NCBI GenBank assembly: GCA_977017645.1
Contig: OZ360221.1
Span: forward strand, 156,116,001-156,180,000
Length of the DNA: 64,000 bases
Origin: Torpedo marmorata
Taxonomy: Eukaryota
Reading direction: 5' to 3'
Shown here: positions 39,401 through 51,400 of the stretch, one piece after another
Layout of the letters: the number at the start of each line of letters is the position of its first letter
Position numbering within the stretch: the first letter of the stretch is position 1
Notes under the pieces: generated by a model
The model's database searches: none
What the model was told of the DNA's origin: nothing
The model's input: the letters and a program-made list of their open reading frames with translations, nothing else
Made by a program: the position numbers and the translations under genes

Positions 39401-42400
39401 TGCCTTCTTTCGGCTGCACCTCACATAGATGTATTCAATGGATGGGAGGTCGCAGCCTGTGATGGACTTGGCTATGTTTGTTACCTTCTGGACCCTTCTG
39501 CAGTCCTCGGCATTCAAATTCCCAAATCAGGGTGTGATGCAAACAGTCAGTGTACTTTCCATAGTGTACCTGTGGAAGTTGATGGAATATTCAACGGCAT
39601 GCCAAATCAAGGTTGCTAAGATGTTGAGACTGTGAACTGTTGATATATGTAAATATTTTATATTTATTATCTCTTTCTGTACTAGGGTAATTTAATGTTT
39701 ACTATTGGAGTTCGTTTTTTTTAAAAATAACTACCTGTTTGGCTGCAGAAAGTAAGAATTTTGGTGCATGTATAAATTTTACTTATGTGTATGACAATAA
39801 GCATTATCATTTACCCTGAAAGGATTCAAAAGATTGCTATTTTGCAATAAATAAGTTCTGTGTGAGACCCACTGATATACTGCTGGTGAAATATATCCGT
39901 TCAAAAATTACTCTGTGCAAGGTGAAAATTATGATCAGAGAAGCACCTATAAATACAATAAACTATTAGTGAATCTTCTTGCAACATTGCATTATTTATT
40001 TCGACTATACAGTAATTGTAATTCCAGTTCTATGTACTTTGACATATATACTGTATATGTATACTGTATATACCGGTATTTTATCTTCTAGGGTACAATT
40101 CAACACTGCATCCATTTCAACTACTTCAGCTCTTTACTGGTGGCACTTTTGATAAGAATTACAACAAGAAGTATCAGCCTATTAAATTTGTTGTGCCACC
40201 CTCTACCAGGAAGGTAAAGAATATCAGAACATGATGCATCTAACTGTGATAAATGGCAGACTTGTGTATGGTATTAACTCAAATGTTTGATATCCTAGAC
40301 TGAATGACTATTTTCTGCAACTACGGTAGGTTGCGAAAAGCATGGAATGTTCAGTAATCTAGTAATCGAGAGGTAACCCAAACATGAGTATAATGCATCT
40401 GTCAGTACATTTTTTTAAAGCAACATAATATCGAGGTTTCACAACCAACAAGTTTTAGCAGGCATAAAGATGCAATATTAATTCTTTGACTCCAAACATT
40501 CAAGCCGACACAGTTGCAGAGAGGGAGAGGCAGAGGGGAATGTACATTTGCTGACATTCTTTTGCTCTGGCTTGCCTCCTCTCAATCAATCTTGCTCAAT
40601 GCTATCTCTCCATGTATGGACATATGTTGTAACTCTGTTATAACAAAGATGTTCCATCTTACCCTCATTGCAATGGGAAATCACAGAGCACTCAGGAGAG
40701 TCGGAGACCAGATATGGGTGCTCAGCAATCTATAGTGACAGCTATCATTAAAGTCTTGGCATGTTACGTATGTCAATTCGATGTCACATACAACAATGTC
40801 GAGTTGACAATGTCAAGATTGAGTGAAATGTGATATTTATAATGAAAAGGATAATAAATAAACATTCATTTTTTTGTCTCCTTTATGTCTTTACCCTCTC
40901 AAAGAAAGTGATCTAGATTGTTGATGCACCCCAAATGTGGCTAGTGGATGTGGTTAATATATATATTGTAGCCATTCTGGGCAACAATGGGCATCATTAT
41001 TGATGTCACTTTCTATTACATCCTCGTAAGGGAGGAATTGAGCTCTTTATTTCATGCTGTAAGTCCAAACATGGTGGGATTGATAAAGGGAGACCAATGC
41101 TACAGATAGTGGTGAAGACAGAAAATATTCAGCTGGTCAGACAGCATTATTCTATCTCTAAAGGCACTGCCTGACCTTAATATTTTTGAGCATTTTCTCT
41201 TTTAATTTCAGATTTTCCAGTATCTCCAGTTTTTTTTTGCTTTCTCCTGAAGATTGTGGTACTCTATTGTGGTAATGAAGAAAGAAAAATAACATACTTC
41301 TGCAGTTATACCTTATTCTAGGTTTCTTTTGCCTTGTTATTTTTAAAGAAGTAATAAGTTAAACTGCACCCATTCAGTCTATCTGGTTATATTTGTGATC
41401 ACTCTTCACAACCTCCTTCAGTTTACTTCATTTAACACAATCAACAGGGCTTTCTAATTCTTTGTGAATTTATCCAGCTTTTCCACAAATGCTATATACT
41501 TCAATAATACCTTCAAATAGCAAACTCCTTCCAATAACTCCCTGGGTAAAGAAAGAGAGTCTGGTGAACAGCTGAACCAGTGCTTTGAGGAGGAGGAGCT
41601 GAATTGTGATTGGCTCTTTGGAGTCATAGCAGCCAATAAAAGTAGAGTGGGAATTACTAACCATGCTCAGAGATCAGAATTAAGAAAGGTGCAAACACTC
41701 TGATAGGGCTATACTATAGCTTCTCAATAGCTTCTGGGAGGTAGAGGAATTTGTTATTTGCATCCATGAGAGTTTCTTGAAGCAGCATGTAGATGGTTCA
41801 AACAGGAAGGAGGCTGCACTAGTCCTTGCATTGGCAACTGAGCCTGGCCAGGTGCTCGGAGTTTCAGTGGAGGAACATTTTGGGAATACTGTTCACTCTT
41901 CCTTAACCTTCAAGATTGTTATGGAGAAAAATAAGATGGGCCTTGTGGAAAAGTACGAAAATGGAGGGAAAATTAAGACATGATTAGACAGGAGCTTGGG
42001 GATGGTAATTTGGAGCACCTGTTATCAGGCAAGCTCACATCTGACATGTGGGAGTTGTTTCGGGATCGACCAATTAGAGTCTAGGACGGACAATGTTCCA
42101 GTGCGAAGGAAGGATAAGGATGGCAAGGTGAGAGAAGATTGGATGATGAGAGAGGTCATAAATTTAGTCAAAAAGAGGCATATGTAAGGATTAGGATCTA
42201 CAAACAGACATGGCCCTAGAGGAATATAAAGATTGCAGGAAAGAGCTTAGGCAGGGTATGAAGAAGACCAATAGAGTTCATGAAATGTCCTTGGTGAGCA
42301 AGATTAAAGAAAAGGAATGGAAAACCTGGGGTGTATAATTCAGTGATCATTGGGGTATCAGAGATAGAGAGGGTGAGCAAATTTAAATTCCTGGGATTCA

Positions 42401-45400
42401 CAATCTCGGAGGACCTTTCCTGGACCCAACACACTAATGTCATTGTGAAGAAAGCACGTCAGCACCTCTATTTCCTCAGGAGTTTGCGGAAGTTTGGTAT
42501 GACGTAGAAAACCTTGGCAAACTTCTATAGATGCGTAGTGGAAAGTGTGCTGACCGGCTGCATCACGGCCTGGTATGGGGACACTAATACCTCTGAATGG
42601 AAAGCCCTGCAAAAGGTAGTGGACACAGCCTAGTACATCACAGGAAAATCTCTCCCCACCTTTGAGAAAATCTACATGGAACGCTGCCATCGGAGAGCAG
42701 CAGCAATCATCAAAGATCCACACCACCCAGGACATGCTCTGTTCTCGCTGCTGTCATCAAGAAAAAGGTATAGGTGCCACAAGACTCGTACCAGCAGGTT
42801 CGGGAACAGTTGTTACCCCTCCACCATCAGACTCCTAAACAACAAACTCAATCAGAGGCTCATTTAAGGACTCTTTCTTCGTACAGTATTTATTACTGAT
42901 TTTTTTTTTCTGTATTGCAGTCAGTTTCTTTACACTTTCTTTGTTTACATTTCTCTCTTTTATATACATATCTTTTCTTGAGTACAGTTTTTTTACACTA
43001 TCTATATTCTGCCTGACCCGCAGGAATCTCAGGGTTGTATGTGATGTCATGTATGTACTCTGACAATAAATTTGAACTTTGATAATCCCAAGGAATTTAT
43101 ACGAAATAAAAAAACAAGAGGATGACAAGGAAGAGGGTTGGACCGCTCAAGGCCAAAAGAGGGAATTTATGCTTGGAGTCAGAAGTGGGTGAGGACTTTG
43201 CATGTGTTTTACCAAGGAGAAGGACATGGACAGTGATAGGAAGCATAATGTGGGGAATGCTCATTTAAAGGGAATTTTGAGATCAAGAAAAAGGTGATTT
43301 GTGGTCTTTTGAGGAGCATTAAGGTGGAAAGGGCCCTGGTCCTGATGGGATATATCCACAGTTATTGAAAGAGGCAATTGAAGAGATTGCTGAGATCTTG
43401 CCAAAGATCTTTGGATCCTCACCAGTGAGAGGGGAGGACCTAAAGCATGAGAGAGAGTCTAATGTTCAAGAAGGGGAAAAAAAGGATAATCCAGGAAATT
43501 ATAGGCCAGTAAGTCTCACATTTGTGCTATTGAAACTCTTGGAAAGGATATTTAGGGGCAGGATTTATGCATATTTGGAAAGCCACAGACAGATTAGGAG
43601 CAGTCAACATGGATTAGTGAGGGGCAGGTCACATCTGGCAAGTACCAATCTGATTGAATTTTTAAGGAGGTGACAAAGGTGGTTGATGAAGGTAGGGGAG
43701 GGATGTTGTATATGTAGACTTTAGTAAGGTGTTTGAAAAGGTAGGCTGATTCAGAAGATGCAGATGCATGGAATCCATGGTGAATTGATAGTTTGAAGTT
43801 TGAATAAGAATTGGCTAGCTCATAGAAGACAGAGGGTAGTGATGGAAGGCTGTTATTTTGGCTGGAAGCCTGTGATCCATGTTCCACAGGGATCAGTGTT
43901 GGGATCTCTGTTGTTTGTGATAACATGGATGAAAAAATAGGTGGGTGGTTTGCAGAGGATACAAAGATTGGTGTTGTCACAGTTTAGAGAGTTATCAAAG
44001 AATACAACAGGACATAGAGTAGTTAGAGATGTGGATATAGAAATGGCAGATGAAGTTTAATCCAGACAAGTGTGAGGTGTTGCACTTTTGTATGTCAAAT
44101 ATAAGGAGAATGTACACAGTTAATTGCAGGGCTCTTAAAAGTATTGATGTGCAGAGGGACCGTTAAAGGACGCACAGCTGTGCAATGCCTTCAGCAACCC
44201 TGCAGGTGGAGCAGCCCACCCAGTTGAGATCGGACGGCTCAACCCCGTCCCGGATAGACTTCGTCTTCGTGTCGAAGGCTGTCACGGTCAGAAACACCGA
44301 CGTTATGCCGGTGTTCTCTGACCACTGCCTCCTTCGTGCCTCCTGTTGCCTTCTGGAGGACCAGAAGGCAGGCAAGGGAATGTGGAAGCTGAACGTGAAG
44401 TTGCTGACCCCAGAGAACGTGAAGGAACTAAAGGAGTACGCTGATTGGAGAACAGTGAAACCCTTCTTTGACTCCCCAGTGACTTGGTGGGAAGCGACCA
44501 AGGAGAACATCAAGAGGTTCTTTACCCTCAAAGGAGTTCAGAGGGCAAGACAGAGACAGAGGGAACTGATCCAACTCCAGACTGACCTGCAGCAACACCG
44601 CCTTCTGCAGTCGAGAGGGATGGATGTGAGGGAGGAACTCCGAGAGGTGAAGAGCCAGCAAGCCTTGCTATTCACCTCAGTCCTCCAAGATCATCTTCCG
44701 ATCCAGAGTCCGCACAGTGGAGCAGGATGAGACGTGCTCACATTTCTTCTTCCAGAAGGTTCACAGAGGGAGCTCTGTGATCCACAGCCTTAAGGAAGTG
44801 GACGGCTCAGTCACATCCTCGCAGACGGGCATTCAGAGGATCTGCAGATCCTTTTATACTGAACTGTACGACACGAAGGCTACAGATAGAATGGCCTCCA
44901 AAAACTTCCTGTCCTCTATCATGGAGGTCTTAGACAACAGCAAGCGGGAATGTCTGCATCAGCCAATTACTCTGGGGGAGCTGACGGACTCCATCCGTTC
45001 CTTTGGGTCGAGTAAGTCTCCCGGAAGCAATGGCCTACTGGATTAGTTGTACATGGCTCTGTGGGACTGGGTGGGCCCAGGCCTGCTGGAAGAGTACAAC
45101 ACTATGCTCCTGGCAGGAAGCATGTCAAACTCCATGAGGAAGGGCATCATCACCCTCATCTTCAAAAAGAAGGGGGAGAAGGAAGATATCAGGAATTGGA
45201 GACACATATCATTGCTAAACGTTGACTACAAAATCCTGTCCAAGGCCATCACCAATCGAGTCAAGTCTGCCCTGGGGTAGGTAATCCACCCAGACCAAAC
45301 CTGCACGGTTCCGGGCAGGAAGATCTCTGACAGCCTCGCGCTGCTCAGGGATACAGGGATACCATTGCCTACGTGCAGGACAGGGGGGTGGACACCTGCC

Positions 45401-48400
45401 TGGTCAACTTCCACCAGGAGAAGGCTTTCGACCGGATATCGCACACGTACATGATGGATGTGCTCTCCAAAATGGGCTTTGGAGAGGGAATCTGGAATTG
45501 GATTAAACTGCTCTACACAGACATCTGTAGAGCAGTCTAAATCAATGGGTGGGAAACAGATAGTTCCCCATCAAGTCTGGAGTTAGGCAAGGCTGCCCAC
45601 TGTCTCCATTCTTATTTGTGTGCTGCATAGAGCCCTTTGCCGAATCCATCAGGAGGGATGAGCGCATAAGAGGAGTGACGTTGCCAGGCAGTGGAGGCAC
45701 TCAGATCAAAGTCTCCCTGTACATGGACGACGTTGCCATCTTCTGTTCGGATACACGATCGGCCTGGAGACTGACCAGCAAATGTGGGCATTTTGAGTCT
45801 GCATCAGTCGCCAGGGTAAACCAGAAGAGCGAAGCAATGCTCTTCGGTAACTGGCCTGACCGGTCCACCATCCCCTTCACAGTCAGATCTGACTACCTGA
45901 AGGTGCTGGGGATCTGGTTTGGAAAGGCTAAGGCGTGCAACAAGAATTGGTCGGAGTGGATTGCAAAGGTCCACCAAATATTGGGTATGTGAGCACGGCG
46001 CTACCTCTCAATAACAGTGAAGAACCTGGTCACCAGGTGCGAGGTGCTCTCGGTACTGCTGTACGTGGTGCAGGTGTGGCTCATCCCCCGCACCTCCGTC
46101 CTGGCTGTCACCAGAGCAGTTATCCGATTCATATGGGGTCCAAAATGGATAGGATCTGAAAGGGCACCATTTACAAGTCGCCAGCCAATGGGAGCAAGGG
46201 CGTACCCAAAGTGGCCCTCATCCTGATGACCACCTTTGTGTGTGGCTGCATCAGGCTGTGTGTGGAACCAAAGTACAAGGTCACCAAGAGCCGCTATGTG
46301 CTGAGGTTCTACCCGTCCCAGGTGTTGCGAAGGATAGGCCTGGCCCCGTTGCCGCGCAATGTCACAGTTAGCTGGACTTTGCCATGCCACTTATCCTTCG
46401 TGGAATTGTTTTTTCCAGAAAAACACCTTTGACCACAAGGCCATCAAACAGTGGTCAGCACGGAATGTCCTGCAGAAACTGAGAGATAAGGACTCAATGG
46501 ATCCGGTGGGATGGTTCCCTGAGCAGACTGTCCAGGTCATCTGGCAGAATGCCTCATTGCCAGGGCTCACAAACAAGCACCAGGACTTGGCCTGGCTGGT
46601 GGTGAGAGGAGCCCTCCCAGTGAGATCCTTCTTGTACAAACAAAACATCACCCTCCATGAACGTTGTCCTTGGGATGGCTGCGGTGGAGTGGAGACTGTC
46701 AGCCACCTCTTTGCTGAATGCAGATTGGCAACGAGTGTGTGGAGAAGGATGCAAGGTCACGGTTCATCCCCAGCGGCATTGTGACAAAGGACTCTCTGAT
46801 CTACAGACTCTTCCCGGGGACACACTTGGAGTCCGACATCCAGAGCTGCTGGAAGGCCATCAACTCGGTGAAAGATGCTCTTTGGTCTGCCCGAAACCTG
46901 TTGGTCTTTCAGCATACTGAGATGTCGGTCCGGGAATGCTGCCAACTGGTGCATTCCAAGCTGCAGGAGTACATGCCGAGGGATGCACTGAGGCTTGGTG
47001 CAGCCTACGTGAGGGCGCTGTGGGGAAGGACCACAGTCTAGAGTCCTCCCATTACAGGGCACTGAGGGGCTGAGACCGAGGGGAAGCCCCTCAACCAAAC
47101 GTAGGAGGGAGAAACGACAAGATGCCACAGTAGTAGTAACGGGGTATTGAGAAAACAATGTACATTGATGAGAATGTTTAGATATGACTGACATAGGGGC
47201 ACTAGAGAGAGGTTGATGGAGTAAGTCACAACCTACAGAGCTCCTGCGAGTTGTTATGATAAAGCATTATTTAACAGCAATCCAGGCAGTGTCCTACCAT
47301 TGGATTATAGTTGGCAACACTTTGAAGTAACAGGGGTGGATTTTGAAGTGTTGAAATGCCTAACAAGAAGGCTAAAAGTAGAGACAGTATGCAGCAGCCC
47401 CAGAGGCCCACCCTGCAGACTAAAGCCTGGGCCTCGCCTGATCCTGTCTCCCCGGGCAGCTTACTGTCAGACCATGAAGAATAGGTAACTGACTTTTGAG
47501 CAGCTAAAGCTAGCAACGTTGACTGAACTTAGTAAAGACATTGTAGAGACCTTTAAAATGGAGATAAGAATACGTATTGGAGAAGAACTGGCTGCCCTTA
47601 AGGCGTAGCTACAGACCGTAAAAACGCAATTTGTGGCCGAAAAAGTATCCACAGACACCAAACTGAGAGAAGTTAAGGATACTGTTGGGGAGATAGAACG
47701 TTCAATATCGGGGTGTGCCGATGACATCTGTTCAATGCAAAAGAAAATTAAAACTCACACCACTGATATGATGAAGCTGGAAAATAGATGTGAGGATTTG
47801 GAAGCGAGGTTCCGGAGAAATAACATCAGGATAGTGGGAGTTCCTGAAGAAACCGACAACACGAGTAAAAACTTAGTACCAGCTTTATTAAAAGAGGCGT
47901 TCGGACTGGATAAAGAGCCACTGGTGGATCTAGCACACCGCACCCTACGGCAGATACCAGGGCTGGGGGAGCGCCCACGGTCCATAGTGGCCAGACTTTA
48001 CAATTACAGTGATCCTATGTCGTGCCAGAGAACGCCGCGAGGTAAAACTGAAAGGATGACTATCTCTGTTTTCCCTGAACTTCCTGCGAAAGTAGCCTGA
48101 AAGTGTTCAATGACGTCAGACGGGAACTGCGTACCCTGCAAGGGGTCCGATACGGGTTAATCTACCCAACCCAACTACGGATCACTTACGACGACAAGGT
48201 GAAGGATTTCCTCTCGGGTGAAGAAACAACTGATTAAATCGCGAGTGCAATGGGGTGCTGCCACTTAGAAACTATAGAACAATTACAGCAAACAGGCCAC
48301 TTCGGCCCCTCTTGTCTGTGCCGAACCACTTTTTCTTGCCTAGTCCCACTGACCTGCACTCAGTCCATAGACCACCATACCTCTCCCATCCATATACCTG

Positions 48401-51400
48401 TCCAAATTTTCCTTAAATGTTAAAATCGAGCCCGCATCTACCACTTCAGCTGGCAGCTTGTTCCACACTCCCACCACTCTCTGAGTGAAGAAGTTCCCCC
48501 TCATGTTCCCCCTAAACTTTTCCCCTTTCACCCTTAACCCATGTCCTCTGGTTTGAATCTCACCCACCCTCAATGGAAAAAGTCTATCTACATTTACTGT
48601 CTATCCCCCTCATAATTTTAAATACCTCTATCAAATCTCCCCTCATTCTTCTACGCTTCAGGGAATAAAGTCCTAACCTGTTTAACCTTTCCCTGTAACT
48701 CAGTTCATGGAGTCCAGGCAACATCCTAGTAAATCTTCTCTGCACTCTCTCTATCTTATTGATATCCTTCCTGTAGTTAGGCGACCAAAACTGCACCCAA
48801 TACTCCAAAATTGGCCTCACCAATGTCTTATACAACTTTAACATAACATCCCAACTCCTGTACTCAATACTTTGATTTATGATTTACACTTGTTGGGCAT
48901 TCTTATTTTAATCTGCAGTTACCAAACTTGTTAAGGTTGTTAAGGCAGAATTTTCAAGACTTATATAATACGCCATTACTACTGTTAAATTTAAACGCAA
49001 ATTTATTGGGCTGAACGACATAGAGCTGACTGAAGTGCCTTGCAATGCACCTGCAAACCTAATTCAAAATTCGCGGGAGGGATGGTTATGTTTCTTTTCT
49101 ATTTAAGCTCACTCTCCGAGTCCTTGACAATTCGGGCAAGGACATTTAGACCACGTGGATGTAAAGTGCTGTCCCCACGGCTTAGTCTTAATACGGGGAC
49201 AAGTGTAGTGAGTATGTGGGCATGTATTCAGATTTGTTTGTGTATGTTGTGGGGGGGAGGGGGTTGGGGGACCACCTTGACGCTTACATTCAATTAGGGT
49301 GGTACAGCCCACAAAATTTGAATGTATAATCCAATGAATCTGAGCACTCCTGGCAGGGGGATGCCTGTCAGATTTCTCAGTTGGAATATCAGAGGAATGG
49401 GAAGCCATATCCCTCTGAACCGGTTAAATAGAAATTGAGGAGAAACTGTGGGAAGAGGCTATTGAGAGAATTTGTTCTACAACCTCCTGCGCTCGCTTGG
49501 GACTCATTCAGTTAAGGTGCTACACAGGGTTCATTTTTCAAAATCCAGACTGTCATCCATTTATCCTGAAATAGAGGAAAAATGCAATAGGTGTAATGGC
49601 TCCCCTTGCCACCTAAGTCATATGTTTTATCAGTGCCCCAAAATACAAGGGTTCTGGAGTGCAGTATTCAGAATGCTATCTGAAATTTTTAAAGTCAATT
49701 TGCAACCCTGCCCATTGACTGCAATATTTGGAATCGCCGACAAATCCCTAAATTCCCTGCAGAAAGAAGCGATAGCATTTATGTCCCTATTAGCTAAGCA
49801 TCTAATCTTGTTACACTGGAAGTCTGACAGAGATCCTCTATTACATAATGGATTAAGGATATCAGTTTCTTTATTAAACTGGAGAAAATCAAATACACAT
49901 TAAGAGGGTCCACTGGAAAATTTTTCCCACAAATGGCAACCCTTTAAGAATTTTTTCTCTGAATTACGAGTGCTTACAGAGTAAAAGACAAACTGTGAGA
50001 TCAATCGGTAATATACCAATGATACTGTCAGCAAAGGTGCCAAGGTGGTCAGGGGGTGGGGTGCCCGGGCGTGTATCTGAGGGTGTACGTGAACATTTGT
50101 GTATATGTATGTTGGTTTTTCTGTTAAAAAAAGAAAATAGGAGCACAATGTACATCTGTATAATGTGTACAAAGTTGTTTTTGATGCTCAATAAATATAT
50201 TTTGAAAAAAAAAAGACAGCATGAATGTAAGAAGTCTTGAATGGCTTTCTTGTTTGTAAATAATTTATTGTGAATAAAGTATATTTTTGCAAAAAAAATC
50301 CTGGAGGCCCAAGTCCATTGCTCTTTGAAAGTGACCACGCAAGTAGATCAGGTGGTAAAGAAAGCATTTGGTATACTTGGCTTCATTGGGATGGGCATTG
50401 AGTATAAAAGTAAGGAAGTCATGTTGGCAGCTGTATAAAACTTTGGTGAGGCCACTCTTGGAATACTGCTTGTATTTCTGATCGCCCCATTTCAGGAAGA
50501 GTGTGGAGGCTTGGAAAAGGGTACAGAAAAGGTTGACCAGGATGTTGCCTGGTTTAAAGGGTTTGAGTTATGGGGAGAGATTGGATAAACGGGTTGTTTT
50601 CTCTGGAGAGTAGGAGACTGAGGGGTGACCTGATAGAGGTGTATAAAATCATGAGAGGCATTGATAAGGTAGATAGTCAGAATCTTTTCCCAGGGCAAAA
50701 GTGTCACGCACTAGGGGACATGTGTTTAAGGTGAGGAGCAGGAAGTTAAGAGGTGATGTGTAGGGCAAATATTTTAGACAGTAGTGGGTGCCTGGAACAG
50801 GCTGCCAGGAGTAGTAGTGGAAACCAGTACAATAGTAGTGTTTAAGAGGCTTCCAGGTAGAAAGATGAACATGAAGGGGATGGAGGGATATCTATTAAGT
50901 GCAAGCGACAGATTTTTAGTTTGATTTGAACATCACGTTTGAAACAGACCATGGGCCGAATGGCCTGTTCCTCTACTGTACTGTTCTATAATAATTTCTT
51001 TTCTTAATCCTGACTGGATTTATTAGTGATGGTATAACTTCCCTATTTATTCTGATTTACTGTGTACAGTTCCAGGCACTGCACCACATTCAGAAAAGGA
51101 ATTAGGAAACTTCACACAAAAAAGTAAGTCTCCCAATCGATATTAATTCAATTATTTTAAATTAGGTAGAAGGCTGATATCTAAGATTACATAGCGAAGA
51201 GAAGTAGATAAGTTTGGAAATCAATGATACATTATTTCACTGAAAGTGGAAAAAGGCTTGAGGAACTGTAAGGCCTGGCGTTGTGTTCATCTGTAACTAC
51301 ATCCTCTAGATTAATATGTATTTTATTTAATTATGGCAGAAATGACAGAATTCTAAAGTCTTGCACAGTTTATCATTTTTGCTTGCACATGCTCTCAAGT

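Larger units (their letters stand above)
44163..50298 (+). mobile_element. 5'-truncated Tx1-clade LINE (ORF2 44163-47041; 3' UTR split by the L1 and finishing at 50215-50298)
   Basis: [64 protein letters not shown]; several stops and frameshifts; AATAAA plus A tail at 50273-50298. Confidence 0.88.
41710..50990 (+). mobile_element. Decayed CR1 LINE (41710-44162 and 50299-50990) hosting nested Rex1, Tx1, L1 and CR1
   Basis: [11 protein letters not shown] in ORF 43365..43673; CR1 breaks at ...GCAGAGGGACC (44161) and resumes at CCTGGAGGCCCAAGTCCAT (about 50300); 3' UTR at about 50950-50990. Confidence 0.85.
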
